The notes under the pieces are model-generated. The model saw only the letters and a list, made by a program, of their open reading frames with translations, made no database searches and was not told the DNA's origin. Positions 23,655 to 31,161 of a stretch of 35,725 bases of DNA are shown one piece after another. The DNA comes from a virus, in IMG/VR virus record IMGVR_UViG_3300021057_000011, positions 1 to 35,725 of that record, one strand, 5' to 3'. Within the stretch, counting starts at the first letter, position 1. Every line of letters begins with the position of its first letter. Made by a program: the position numbers and the translations under genes.

Positions 23655-24307
23655 ATGGGTGCCGCCCGGAGTTCTTTCAACCCATCCAGCAACCCGCGAA
23701 CGGTCCAATACCACGAAAGGTCGGCTTCCTGAAGCTCCACCAGCTTTGGTTCCAGTCGCTCGAGATGCAACCGCAAATCATAGGCGGCATTGATCAGAAC
23801 TTCCTGGTCATCAAGCGTCTCCTGCAGCTCCTCGAGCTTTCCTTCCAAAACCAGAATTTGGTCCTTGAGATTTTCAACCGAGGCCAGTTCTTTCTTTGCC
23901 GCTTTTTGTTCTTTGAGTAAATCGTCGATCCGCTGATTGAGACCGGTAATCTCATCCTTCAGATCCTGGATATCCCCTTCGGCCTGGAGGTAGAGGGCTT
24001 GGTAGTCCCTCTCGCCGCGTTTAAAGGAGTCAGAAGGGGTGTCAGGCGCTGCGGAGGGGGTGGGACCCTCCACTGCGTACAAGACGCCTGTAGCGGCCTC
24101 CAGCTGCCCCAGGATGTAGGCGAAGGGCGGGTAGGGGACCTCCAATTGAAAGGCCTGGTTGACCAGGGGGAACCCGCAGAGGTTGGCTACCTGCTGCGTC
24201 ACTTCCGTAATGGCCCCGTTGATCAGTCCGTAGCAGCGGAAATAGCCGGTGGTCTTGGTGTGCGCGATTTTCGAAATGAAGAGTTGGTCGGTATCAAGGT
24301 TCAGCAT
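23651..24307 (-). CDS. Coiled-coil protein
   Basis: 218 aa; heptad-rich C-terminal half. Confidence 0.75.
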   Translation of the reverse strand: MLNLDTDQLFISKIAHTKTTGYFRCYGLINGAITEVTQQVANLCGFPLVNQAFQLEVPYPPFAYILGQLEAATGVLYAVEGPTPSAAPDTPSDSFKRGERDYQALYLQAEGDIQDLKDEITGLNQRIDDLLKEQKAAKKELASVENLKDQILVLEGKLEELQETLDDQEVLINAAYDLRLHLERLEPKLVELQEADLSWYWTVRGLLDGLKELRAAPI

Positions 24308-24824
24308 GTGATTGCAGCTCCTTCAGTTGAGTCAGGCATTCCTGAATACTTTCAATCAGCTCAGCATCGTCTTCGGGATCCCAGAGCTCTGTCACATCTT
24401 CCTGAAGGCAGGTTTCGATTTCCCGGATCATATCCTGCACGCCGCAGACTTCCTCTTCGGGTTGCACCGTGAGAACGGTATCTTCGTCCTCAGCGGTTTC
24501 GGCATACCGCAGTTGACGGTAGCGCATGTAAATTTCAAGGGCCTCATAATTATCAGCCACCGTCGCCAGAGCCTGACGATTGTCTTCGTCATAAGATGCC
24601 CAGACATACAACGTCTTGGGCAGCCGGAGGGTAGGATCCAATTCTTTCGAGATGAACCCGTTCAGCGGGGGATCCTCGGTCTGCAGCAGGACGATCGCGT
24701 TCTGGAGGAAGCACAGGGCCTCCTCTTTCGTGCGCCCGAGGTTGATGAACTGGGAGGTTCCGAAATCCGTGTGACGGACCAGGTCGAAACCGATCAGGGG
24801 GTTGTTGTAGAGTTTGATTCGCAT
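24294..24824 (-). CDS. Acidic hypothetical protein
   Basis: 176 aa, AAGGAG RBS. Confidence 0.75.
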   Translation of the reverse strand: MRIKLYNNPLIGFDLVRHTDFGTSQFINLGRTKEEALCFLQNAIVLLQTEDPPLNGFISKELDPTLRLPKTLYVWASYDEDNRQALATVADNYEALEIYMRYRQLRYAETAEDEDTVLTVQPEEEVCGVQDMIREIETCLQEDVTELWDPEDDAELIESIQECLTQLKELQSHAEP

Positions 24825-24833
24825 GGCCGCTCC

Positions 24834-25607
24834 TTAATTGTGATGGGGTTTTTCGACAGGGTTCCGTTCGGCTTCGAGCATGGTACGCAGCTGGATGGTG
24901 GAGCCATAGGCTTCGCCGGCAAGGTAGAGAGCCCCGCTGTAGGTTTGACCCATAGGGGCGAGCTCCCGTTCTGTCTCTTTCCAGATCCCCAGTGCGCGAC
25001 ATTCTTGTTCCTGCTCGCCCATCAGCTCCTCGAGCTTGGTGTCCGGCACGAGCACGAGACCTTCCTGCTGCAGCTCCTGCTTGAGAACCTCTTCACTTTC
25101 GCTCAGGCGGGAGAACAGGTTGGCGACCACGCCCCGGAGGAAATCGCGGCGATAATTAGGTTCCAAAATGGCCCACTCCTCCTCGGTGTAATGGGACGCC
25201 AGGCCCGATTCGGTCACGACCTTTTCAAACAGAAACTGGTACTGCCGCAGCAGGAAGACAAACAGCTGGCCGGCAATTTTCACATGGTGCGGCAGACCAA
25301 ACCCCACCAACTGCGTGTTGAGATGTTGATGGTGCTCGTCCGGCTCGAGCAGGTTGAAGCGGACGTGGAAGAAGGCGATCAGCACCGGGCAGACGTACTC
25401 CAGCTCGAGAAACAGATGCTTGCCCTCCCAGAACAGCGCCTGGACGAATTCCTGCGGCTGCTTGAGCTGGTCGAGAGAAATCGAGTATTTCTCGATGAAG
25501 TACTGGGCCCGTTCCATCGCTCGCAGGGCCTCGTGCGGGTTATTTGATTCGGACAGATTCAGCAGGGCCTGAATCTTCTTGATGACTTTCTGTTCAGCGT
25601 CACTCAT
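24834..25607 (-). CDS. DUF2786 domain protein
   Basis: KVIKKIQALLNLSESNNPHEALRAMERAQYFIEKY N-terminal signature; ATGA overlap. Confidence 0.8.
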   Translation of the reverse strand: MSDAEQKVIKKIQALLNLSESNNPHEALRAMERAQYFIEKYSISLDQLKQPQEFVQALFWEGKHLFLELEYVCPVLIAFFHVRFNLLEPDEHHQHLNTQLVGFGLPHHVKIAGQLFVFLLRQYQFLFEKVVTESGLASHYTEEEWAILEPNYRRDFLRGVVANLFSRLSESEEVLKQELQQEGLVLVPDTKLEELMGEQEQECRALGIWKETERELAPMGQTYSGALYLAGEAYGSTIQLRTMLEAERNPVEKPHHN

Positions 25608-25963
25608 AGCAAATTGAACCTCGCGAAAAAGGATTGGGATGTGGTGTGGGCGGCCTGGACCCGCTGGGCCAAGTCTTTCAGCTCGGCCATGACCTCTGCA
25701 ACCAGCTGCCGCCGTGCCGCTTCTTGGTTTTCCGGCCAGCAAAAGACGTAGGCGAGGTAAACCGGGCGGTCCATTCGCAGCACAGTGTGCTGAACCTGAC
25801 CCAACGACGCGGTCAGCACACATTTCAACGGGACGTTGTAGGGATAGGTGGACAGGATCTGGCGGCCCTGGCATTCGCGCAGCACAGGGTTTTCACTGCG
25901 CTCGAGCGACGGAAAGGCCTCCGGATCCGACAGATCGATCCGTAAGGAATAAGCAATCAGCAT
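25604..25963 (-). CDS. Hypothetical protein
   Basis: 119 aa, GGAG RBS. Confidence 0.7.
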   Translation of the reverse strand: MLIAYSLRIDLSDPEAFPSLERSENPVLRECQGRQILSTYPYNVPLKCVLTASLGQVQHTVLRMDRPVYLAYVFCWPENQEAARRQLVAEVMAELKDLAQRVQAAHTTSQSFFARFNLL

Positions 25964-26049
25964 GGGGACTCCAGAGAAGGGTAAGTTAGGCCTGAACGCT
26001 GCCGGCCCAGAGATATGTCAGGCCCGCCAGAAGGGGCCGGCAGCAGGGG

Positions 26050-26103
26050 TTAGCGGTAGTACCACATAATCCAGATAAAGATCACGACAATGAAGAGTTC
26101 CAT
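26050..26103 (-). CDS. 17-aa hydrophobic microprotein (type I toxin-like)
   Basis: MELFIVVIFIWIMWYYR; AGGAGGTG RBS; 11-bp stem downstream. Confidence 0.6.
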   Translation of the reverse strand: MELFIVVIFIWIMWYYR

Positions 26104-26127
26104 CCGCGCCACCTCCTCTCTATTTGA

Positions 26128-26754
26128 TCATATCCCCTCGATCGAAACCAGGGCGAAGTCCTCGATGACGGCTACAATCTCGAGCCGCCAACGGGTTTCG
26201 CGGGTGAACTTCCGCAACGAGGCCGGGGATTGGATCAGGGAGTAGGGGACGAGGAAGTAGGTTTTCATCCACGCCGGCGCCTGGCGGCGGATGGCTTCCA
26301 TGTGCCGTAGCGCCACCTGGTGGCCGGTGTACTGCAAGGGGCCCAGGCGCGAAAGCGAAGGCAGCGACGCCCCCACCGGGGGCCGACACAGCAATACATG
26401 ACCCGGATCAGGTTCACCGACGTCGTAGACGTTGAACGCATGGGTGGAAATATCGAGGTCCGACCAGTTCGCTTTGGGCACCAGCACCTTGCCGATTTGC
26501 TGCTTGAAGGGATCGGGCTCGAAGCACATCAGCTGAATCCGGGCGGGGAAATTGGCGACGATATCCCCGATGCCGGCCCGGCCCACGATCAAGCGGGTGA
26601 CGGACTTAAACACCTCGACCCGCGCCAGCAAGGCCGGCACCCGCGGCGGCAGGGAATCGAACACATCCGGGGCTCGGGTGAGCAGCTCGCATTTCTCCTG
26701 CAAAGTGAAGCGGTACGTCGGGTCCGCCGTCTTGCAAATCAACTCGTACAGCAT
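26128..26754 (-). CDS. Hypothetical protein, 208 aa
   Basis: GAGG RBS. Confidence 0.75.
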   Translation of the reverse strand: MLYELICKTADPTYRFTLQEKCELLTRAPDVFDSLPPRVPALLARVEVFKSVTRLIVGRAGIGDIVANFPARIQLMCFEPDPFKQQIGKVLVPKANWSDLDISTHAFNVYDVGEPDPGHVLLCRPPVGASLPSLSRLGPLQYTGHQVALRHMEAIRRQAPAWMKTYFLVPYSLIQSPASLRKFTRETRWRLEIVAVIEDFALVSIEGI

Positions 26755-26792
26755 AGATCCTCTTTTATCAGTGGTTTCTCAAAACGCAGCCG

Positions 26793-26826
26793 AAAAAAAA
26801 GCCCCGGACGAATTGTCGTCCGGGGC
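26793..26826 (-). terminator. Strong rho-independent terminator
   Basis: GCCCCGGACGA-CAAT-TCGTCCGGGGC followed by T8. Confidence 0.85.
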
Positions 26827-26847
26827 CACGGTTTACATACAATCGGA

Positions 26848-28107
26848 TCATATCATCGCGCGCATGTCCGCGGCGAAGGCTTGCCAGGCACGGTCATAGG
26901 CCGTCAGGTGCGAGGTTTTCTCGGCCTGGTAGTAGAACTGATAGGTTTCGCCCTTTTTCATTTGCAGGCTCTTGTTGACCCGCAGCATGGGCAGCGTATG
27001 GTCCGGCGCCTTCGCGGCAAACGCTTCAGTAACGGCGCTGACCTTGTTGGTCTCTTGATCGTCGACGAAGAAGATATCTTTGAAGGCCAGATACAGACAC
27101 TTCGCCGCTTTGTCCCGCAACCGGGTTTCATCCGCCGGTTTCACAATTTCCAGACCGGCCGCCCAGTCCTTGATGTGAACGTGCTTTTCTTCTCTCAGCC
27201 GCGCGTAAAAGTCCTTGAGCAGGATGTACGCTTCCAGTGCATGCTGGGTCTGATACCGCTTGTGAAACTTTTTCACGGCGGCCATGAATTCCAACGGGCT
27301 GCCGGTTTTGCAGTCCTTGGCCAGCTTCGCCATCAGCTCCCCGCGCGGAATGTCGAAGAGCTTGGAGAGGTTCATGATCCACTGCGCGGTGATAATCCAG
27401 CCCGCTTTTTCTTTGTGCCATTTTTCAATGATGGTTTTGTGGTGGCGGTCTCCCACTTCCACGCTGACGGGGTGGGCTTCGCCATTGTCCAGAATAATGT
27501 AGTTGTCTTCAAAGGGACTGAAGTACTGGTGCAGCTGCCCGCCGTCAGCAATTCCGGCGGCTTGGCGATGCTTGCCGCGGTACACCACCACACGGGCCCG
27601 GATGTTTTCCGCCTTGGCCGCGTACCCTTCCAAGGTGACTTTGGTGTAACCGGCATCGGCATGCAACTGGAGCCATTTCTTCGCGCCGTCGCTGACAAAG
27701 GTCCCAGACGTGATGAACTTCACTTTCTTGGTGCCGTCTGGCTTGGAGATTTCCACGCGGCGACGGCGACGGCGGCCTTTCCGTTTCTCGCCGCACTCGG
27801 CACTGTAGCGCCAGTAGTTTTCAATCTGACTGTAGCTGCCGTTGGTCAACAGGCTGTCGAGCTGTTTCATCGACAGCGCGCGTTGGAGTCGGGCCACGGT
27901 CACCTCTTGCGGATAAACAGTATAGGCAAACTTGTTCCAGTTGAGAAAGCACTCAATCGCTACCAGCGTGGGGGCCAGTTCTTTCAAATTGCCGTAGTGA
28001 AAGTTATCAAGCCCGAAAAGTTTGGCCGGAAACACGGCGTTGTCTTCACTGTCGACAAACGCAATCATTGCCTTGGCACCTTTGGGATCTGAGAAAATCG
28101 GTTGCAT
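26848..28107 (-). CDS. Stand-alone basic hypothetical protein, 419 aa
   Basis: AAGGAG RBS; own terminator; KRKGRRRRRR patch; family not recognised. Confidence 0.8.
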   Translation of the reverse strand: MQPIFSDPKGAKAMIAFVDSEDNAVFPAKLFGLDNFHYGNLKELAPTLVAIECFLNWNKFAYTVYPQEVTVARLQRALSMKQLDSLLTNGSYSQIENYWRYSAECGEKRKGRRRRRRVEISKPDGTKKVKFITSGTFVSDGAKKWLQLHADAGYTKVTLEGYAAKAENIRARVVVYRGKHRQAAGIADGGQLHQYFSPFEDNYIILDNGEAHPVSVEVGDRHHKTIIEKWHKEKAGWIITAQWIMNLSKLFDIPRGELMAKLAKDCKTGSPLEFMAAVKKFHKRYQTQHALEAYILLKDFYARLREEKHVHIKDWAAGLEIVKPADETRLRDKAAKCLYLAFKDIFFVDDQETNKVSAVTEAFAAKAPDHTLPMLRVNKSLQMKKGETYQFYYQAEKTSHLTAYDRAWQAFAADMRAMI

Positions 28108-28201
28108 ATGTAAACCTCTCCTTTAAAAAAGTAATTCACCCGGGATGTGGGAGCTTTTTCAAGCACACACATGCCGGGCAGATACACACGTTGTCAGCGG
28201 A

Positions 28202-28329
28202 TTTTTTTTATCGGGCTCTGAAATTTTTCTGACCCATAGCTTTACCTACAGGCCATCAACTTTTTTTTTGCAGAGCCGGATTTTTTTTCTGAGCACTGAC
28301 TTTTTTTTGAGCCGGCTCAGATTTTTTTT
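28202..28329. repeat. Phased poly-T/A tracts with ~20-bp period
   Basis: T runs starting at 28202, 28224, (28241), 28261, 28281, 28301, 28322. Confidence 0.75.
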
Positions 28330-28540
28330 CCGCCTAGGGGTCCATATGGCTATGGGGTCCCTAAGTCTATCTTAACATTAAGAATCTTAAATCCCAACCA
28401 AGAAGGTTAAGGATAGGTCAAGGAAGAGATTAAGCTTCGGTTAAGTTATCATATAACGTCTAGGTTATGAGCGTTTTCGCTCGATCGGATTTCTTTTTTG
28501 ATCCCATTCGCTCCTGTTCGATCCAATTTGGATCTAAATG

Positions 28541-28580
28541 AAGAAAGGCTCAACCAGTACCAGTGGTGAGCCTATTCTTC
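28541..28580 (-). terminator. Hairpin/terminator for minus-strand transcription crossing the + strand microprotein
   Basis: AGGCTCA...TGAGCCT then TTCTT on the minus strand. Confidence 0.55.
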
Positions 28581-28606
28581 AACCTAACAGAAAGGAGGTG
28601 CCAGCT

Positions 28607-28663
28607 GTGAACTGGATCCCTGTTGTTGCTTACGCCCTTCTGCTGACCTACTACAGCCGTTAG
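28607..28663 (+). CDS. 18-aa hydrophobic microprotein (type I toxin-like); only credible + strand gene
   Basis: AAAGGAGGTG RBS (AGGAGG 8 nt before GTG); MNWIPVVAYALLLTYYSR; hairpin plus T run downstream. Confidence 0.6.
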   Translation: MNWIPVVAYALLLTYYSR

Positions 28664-28703
28664 TATACCCGGTTATGGTCGGGTTTCACACCCAAGACGT
28701 CGC

Positions 28704-28925
28704 TTAAACCGGAGACGACGCCGGGGTCTCTTGCGCCTGATACTGATTCAGCCGCTTCTGCTGCGTCAGGATGAACAAATACATCGCCGCCATATCCAGC
28801 ACCACCAGCATGTTTCCATGCTGGGTGGCCCGGAGGATGTTGGAACACAGAATCAAAAACCAACCCACCACCATAATCCGGCTCCAGTCCGCGGGGGTCA
28901 GGGTAAGTTTCCAGTTAAAGGTCAT
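28704..28925 (-). CDS. Small membrane protein (two TM-like segments)
   Basis: IMVVGWFLILCSNIL and MLVVLDMAAMYLFIL. Confidence 0.65.
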   Translation of the reverse strand: MTFNWKLTLTPADWSRIMVVGWFLILCSNILRATQHGNMLVVLDMAAMYLFILTQQKRLNQYQAQETPASSPV

Positions 28926-28959
28926 AAGGGGTTCCTTTCAAAAGGGGGAAGTCCTTTTA

Positions 28960-29805
28960 CTATGCCAGGTTGTCGACTGAAAATCGATCCTGCGGCAGGA
29001 CAAAGCCCGGGGCCGCTTTCTTCGCCGGCCCTTTGGCCGTCAGCGCGACGATGACGCCCTGCGGATCAAGAAAGCGCAGGTCGTGGGTATCCCCATCGAT
29101 CACCCGCCGGCCCAGAAAGGTGGTAGGAAAGGGTTTGCGATCGAAGACCACGGCCAGGTTCATACCGGTCCGATGGGCCTCAGTCACCATCTGCCGCTGA
29201 AAGGACACGGTGGCTTCGGAGTAGGAAAGGGTCAGGTAGTAGTTCTCCGGGACCTGGCGGCCCCAGAGCTTGGTGTAATCGTAGAATTGCAGCTCGGGGA
29301 AGAGCTGCAGAATGGTTCGGTTCGTAGTGGGATCTTTCAGCCGCTCCCAGAGCAGATCGGAGGTCCCGTTCAGCCGAACGGCCGGGATCTGGTTGGCCAT
29401 CAGCGCCTGCGCCATCAGCGCGTGCAGATCGGCTTTAAGCATCGCGAAGAAGATCGCCGGCTCGAGGTAGAAGAGCAGGGTCTTGCGTATGCGCGCCAGC
29501 TGGGTTTTGTGGTAGCGGCCACGACCGGCACGATAGAGGCACAGGCTGGGGCAGCCGGCTTCGTGCGCGCGCGGACAGAGATTGAGGCCGGGGATCTCGG
29601 TGTTAGGGGCCAGGTAGAGAATGCCCGTCAGGTAACCTTGTTTCTCGCCTTTGATGGTCTTGGCGTTGTCACGGGTGAGAAGCTCTTCCAGCCGCCCGCG
29701 GAATCGGTGGCCGGTGAAGGTCTCGGTGACGGTGTTGAGGGCATCGAGCGGGTGCTGGGTGGGGCGTAAGGCCTGGTACTGGGACTGGATGTCACGAAAG
29801 TGCAT
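28960..29805 (-). CDS. GP88-like phage protein with Cys cluster (radical-SAM-like)
   Basis: NAKTIKG...GILYLAP; CPRAHEAGCPSLC (Cx7Cx3C); RLNGTSD; QFYDYTK; DGDTHDLRFLD; AAGGAG before MHFRD. Confidence 0.7.
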   Translation of the reverse strand: MHFRDIQSQYQALRPTQHPLDALNTVTETFTGHRFRGRLEELLTRDNAKTIKGEKQGYLTGILYLAPNTEIPGLNLCPRAHEAGCPSLCLYRAGRGRYHKTQLARIRKTLLFYLEPAIFFAMLKADLHALMAQALMANQIPAVRLNGTSDLLWERLKDPTTNRTILQLFPELQFYDYTKLWGRQVPENYYLTLSYSEATVSFQRQMVTEAHRTGMNLAVVFDRKPFPTTFLGRRVIDGDTHDLRFLDPQGVIVALTAKGPAKKAAPGFVLPQDRFSVDNLA

Positions 29806-29820
29806 GGGGTCTCCTTTCCA

Positions 29821-29846
29821 AAAGAAAAGGCCCCTGACCAGGGGCC
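29821..29846 (-). terminator. Terminator-like hairpin immediately upstream of the GP88-like RBS
   Basis: GGCCCCTG-GT-CAGGGGCC followed by TTTTCTTTT; a second 10-bp hairpin lies at 29885-29918. Confidence 0.6.
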
Positions 29847-29997
29847 GTTCGCCTGCAATGTTACGAGAATCATTTTGAAAAGGGTGAAGCCCCCGTCTCT
29901 GGCAAGTGGGGGGCTTCATCGAAAGGACTACCCTGCGTGGGCGCGCATGGAACCTTTACCTTTTCACTGTACGGGATTGTGAAGCGGGTCACAAGCC

Positions 29998-30399
29998 CTA
30001 AGAGCCGGTTTTTCCGCGCTCGACCTCACAATCTTCAACCAGCTCCTGGGCTGCGAGCAGGGCCACGGCGAGGTTGGAGTAAGCCGTAACACGATGGCAC
30101 ATGGCCGCGACCTGGCCCGGGGTCAGGACCTGGCGCTGGTCGGGCTCGACCTCGTGCTGGAGCTGGGCGTGCTCCTGCTGCTTGAGGATCCAGAAGATAT
30201 AGATCTCGTCCTTGGCTGCCGCTTCATAGGTGGTGTACTGATCGCCAATGCCCGGATAGGAAATGGCACACAACCGCACACCGGTGGTCCCTCCAAGGAC
30301 AATTTCTTCGACCAGGATCAAATGGTCGCGGGTGCTGATCTGGGAGCGGTACTGGACGGTGGGGGTCTGAATTTCTTCGCCGGTCAGGGTTTTCAACAT
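29998..30399 (-). CDS. Hypothetical protein
   Basis: 133 aa, AAGGAG RBS. Confidence 0.7.
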   Translation of the reverse strand: MLKTLTGEEIQTPTVQYRSQISTRDHLILVEEIVLGGTTGVRLCAISYPGIGDQYTTYEAAAKDEIYIFWILKQQEHAQLQHEVEPDQRQVLTPGQVAAMCHRVTAYSNLAVALLAAQELVEDCEVERGKTGS

Positions 30400-30408
30400 A
30401 TCGACTCC

Positions 30409-31161
30409 TTAGTAATGAGGGTAATAATCACGGGTCGGTTTGGACGGCAGACCGAGGTGGTCCCAGCGCCGCTGGATGTCCTGGCGCTGCTGATCGATCT
30501 CGGCTATCTCTTCCGTCCGCCGGATCCGCCGGCCAAGGGGGGTCTTGCGGACCGGGTCCTTGCTTTTGAGCCGCCGATCCGGCCGGGTGAGGTCTTCGTC
30601 CAAGCGCTGGACCAGCAGGACCAGAAAAAAAGCCACATCAAGATCGGTGTCGGTCGCCTCCTGCATGAAGATGGTGGATGCAAAGCAAAAGACCCGCATC
30701 GATTCCTGCAGCCGCGCGCGGAAGGCCCGATCGGTGCGCTCGGCGTGGAGAATGCGGGCAAAGAAAAAGCAGACCTGCCCCTGGAGAAAGTAGGGGCAGG
30801 AAGTGGCGAAGGCGCACTTGCTGCACCAGGGGGAATCGAAGTAGGGAACGGCTTTCAAGGCGGCCTTGGGGGTCAGGTTCTTGCCCTTGAAATGGGTGCG
30901 GAAGTTGAAGCGGGGTTTGGGATCGGGCGTGTGGATAAACTTGCGGGCCACGTCCAGGACGCAGTCCAGGTAGCTCAGGTGAAAGGCCTGGGCCAGCACC
31001 GAGCCGGATTTTTTTCCGTGCAGCGCGTAATCGTAGCGCGGGATGCTAGCTAAACCGGGATGGATCGAAAGGGTCCGGCTCGCCGGCAGCGCCGGGATCA
31101 TCCGTGTCTCGTTCCGATAGCGGAGTGGTGGGGTAGATTTCGCCATCGTCATCGTCCTCAA
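30409..31161 (-). CDS. Cys-cluster protein related to the C-terminal domain of the TGT-like neighbour (start uncertain, possibly 31101)
   Basis: CSKCAFATSCPYFLQGQVCFF versus CNTC...CEAYKPDAGCYY. Confidence 0.6.
   Translation of the reverse strand: MRTMTMAKSTPPLRYRNETRMIPALPASRTLSIHPGLASIPRYDYALHGKKSGSVLAQAFHLSYLDCVLDVARKFIHTPDPKPRFNFRTHFKGKNLTPKAALKAVPYFDSPWCSKCAFATSCPYFLQGQVCFFFARILHAERTDRAFRARLQESMRVFCFASTIFMQEATDTDLDVAFFLVLLVQRLDEDLTRPDRRLKSKDPVRKTPLGRRIRRTEEIAEIDQQRQDIQRRWDHLGLPSKPTRDYYPHY

Noticed and set aside
24294-24824. HicB-like GRTKEEALCFLQNAI helix
   Set aside because: It is a short generic motif inside a larger unrelated protein, too weak to call an antitoxin.
25988-26044. HDV-like/theta ribozyme
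   Set aside because: Two crossing helices exist, but P3/L3, P1.1 and the catalytic J4/2 elements could not be placed on either strand.
26320-28092. Long plus-strand ORFs (590 aa here; also 17997..19172, 24312..25547, 30094..31053, 31346..32683)
   Set aside because: They are antisense shadows of well-supported minus-strand genes in GC-rich DNA, with no recognisable motifs.
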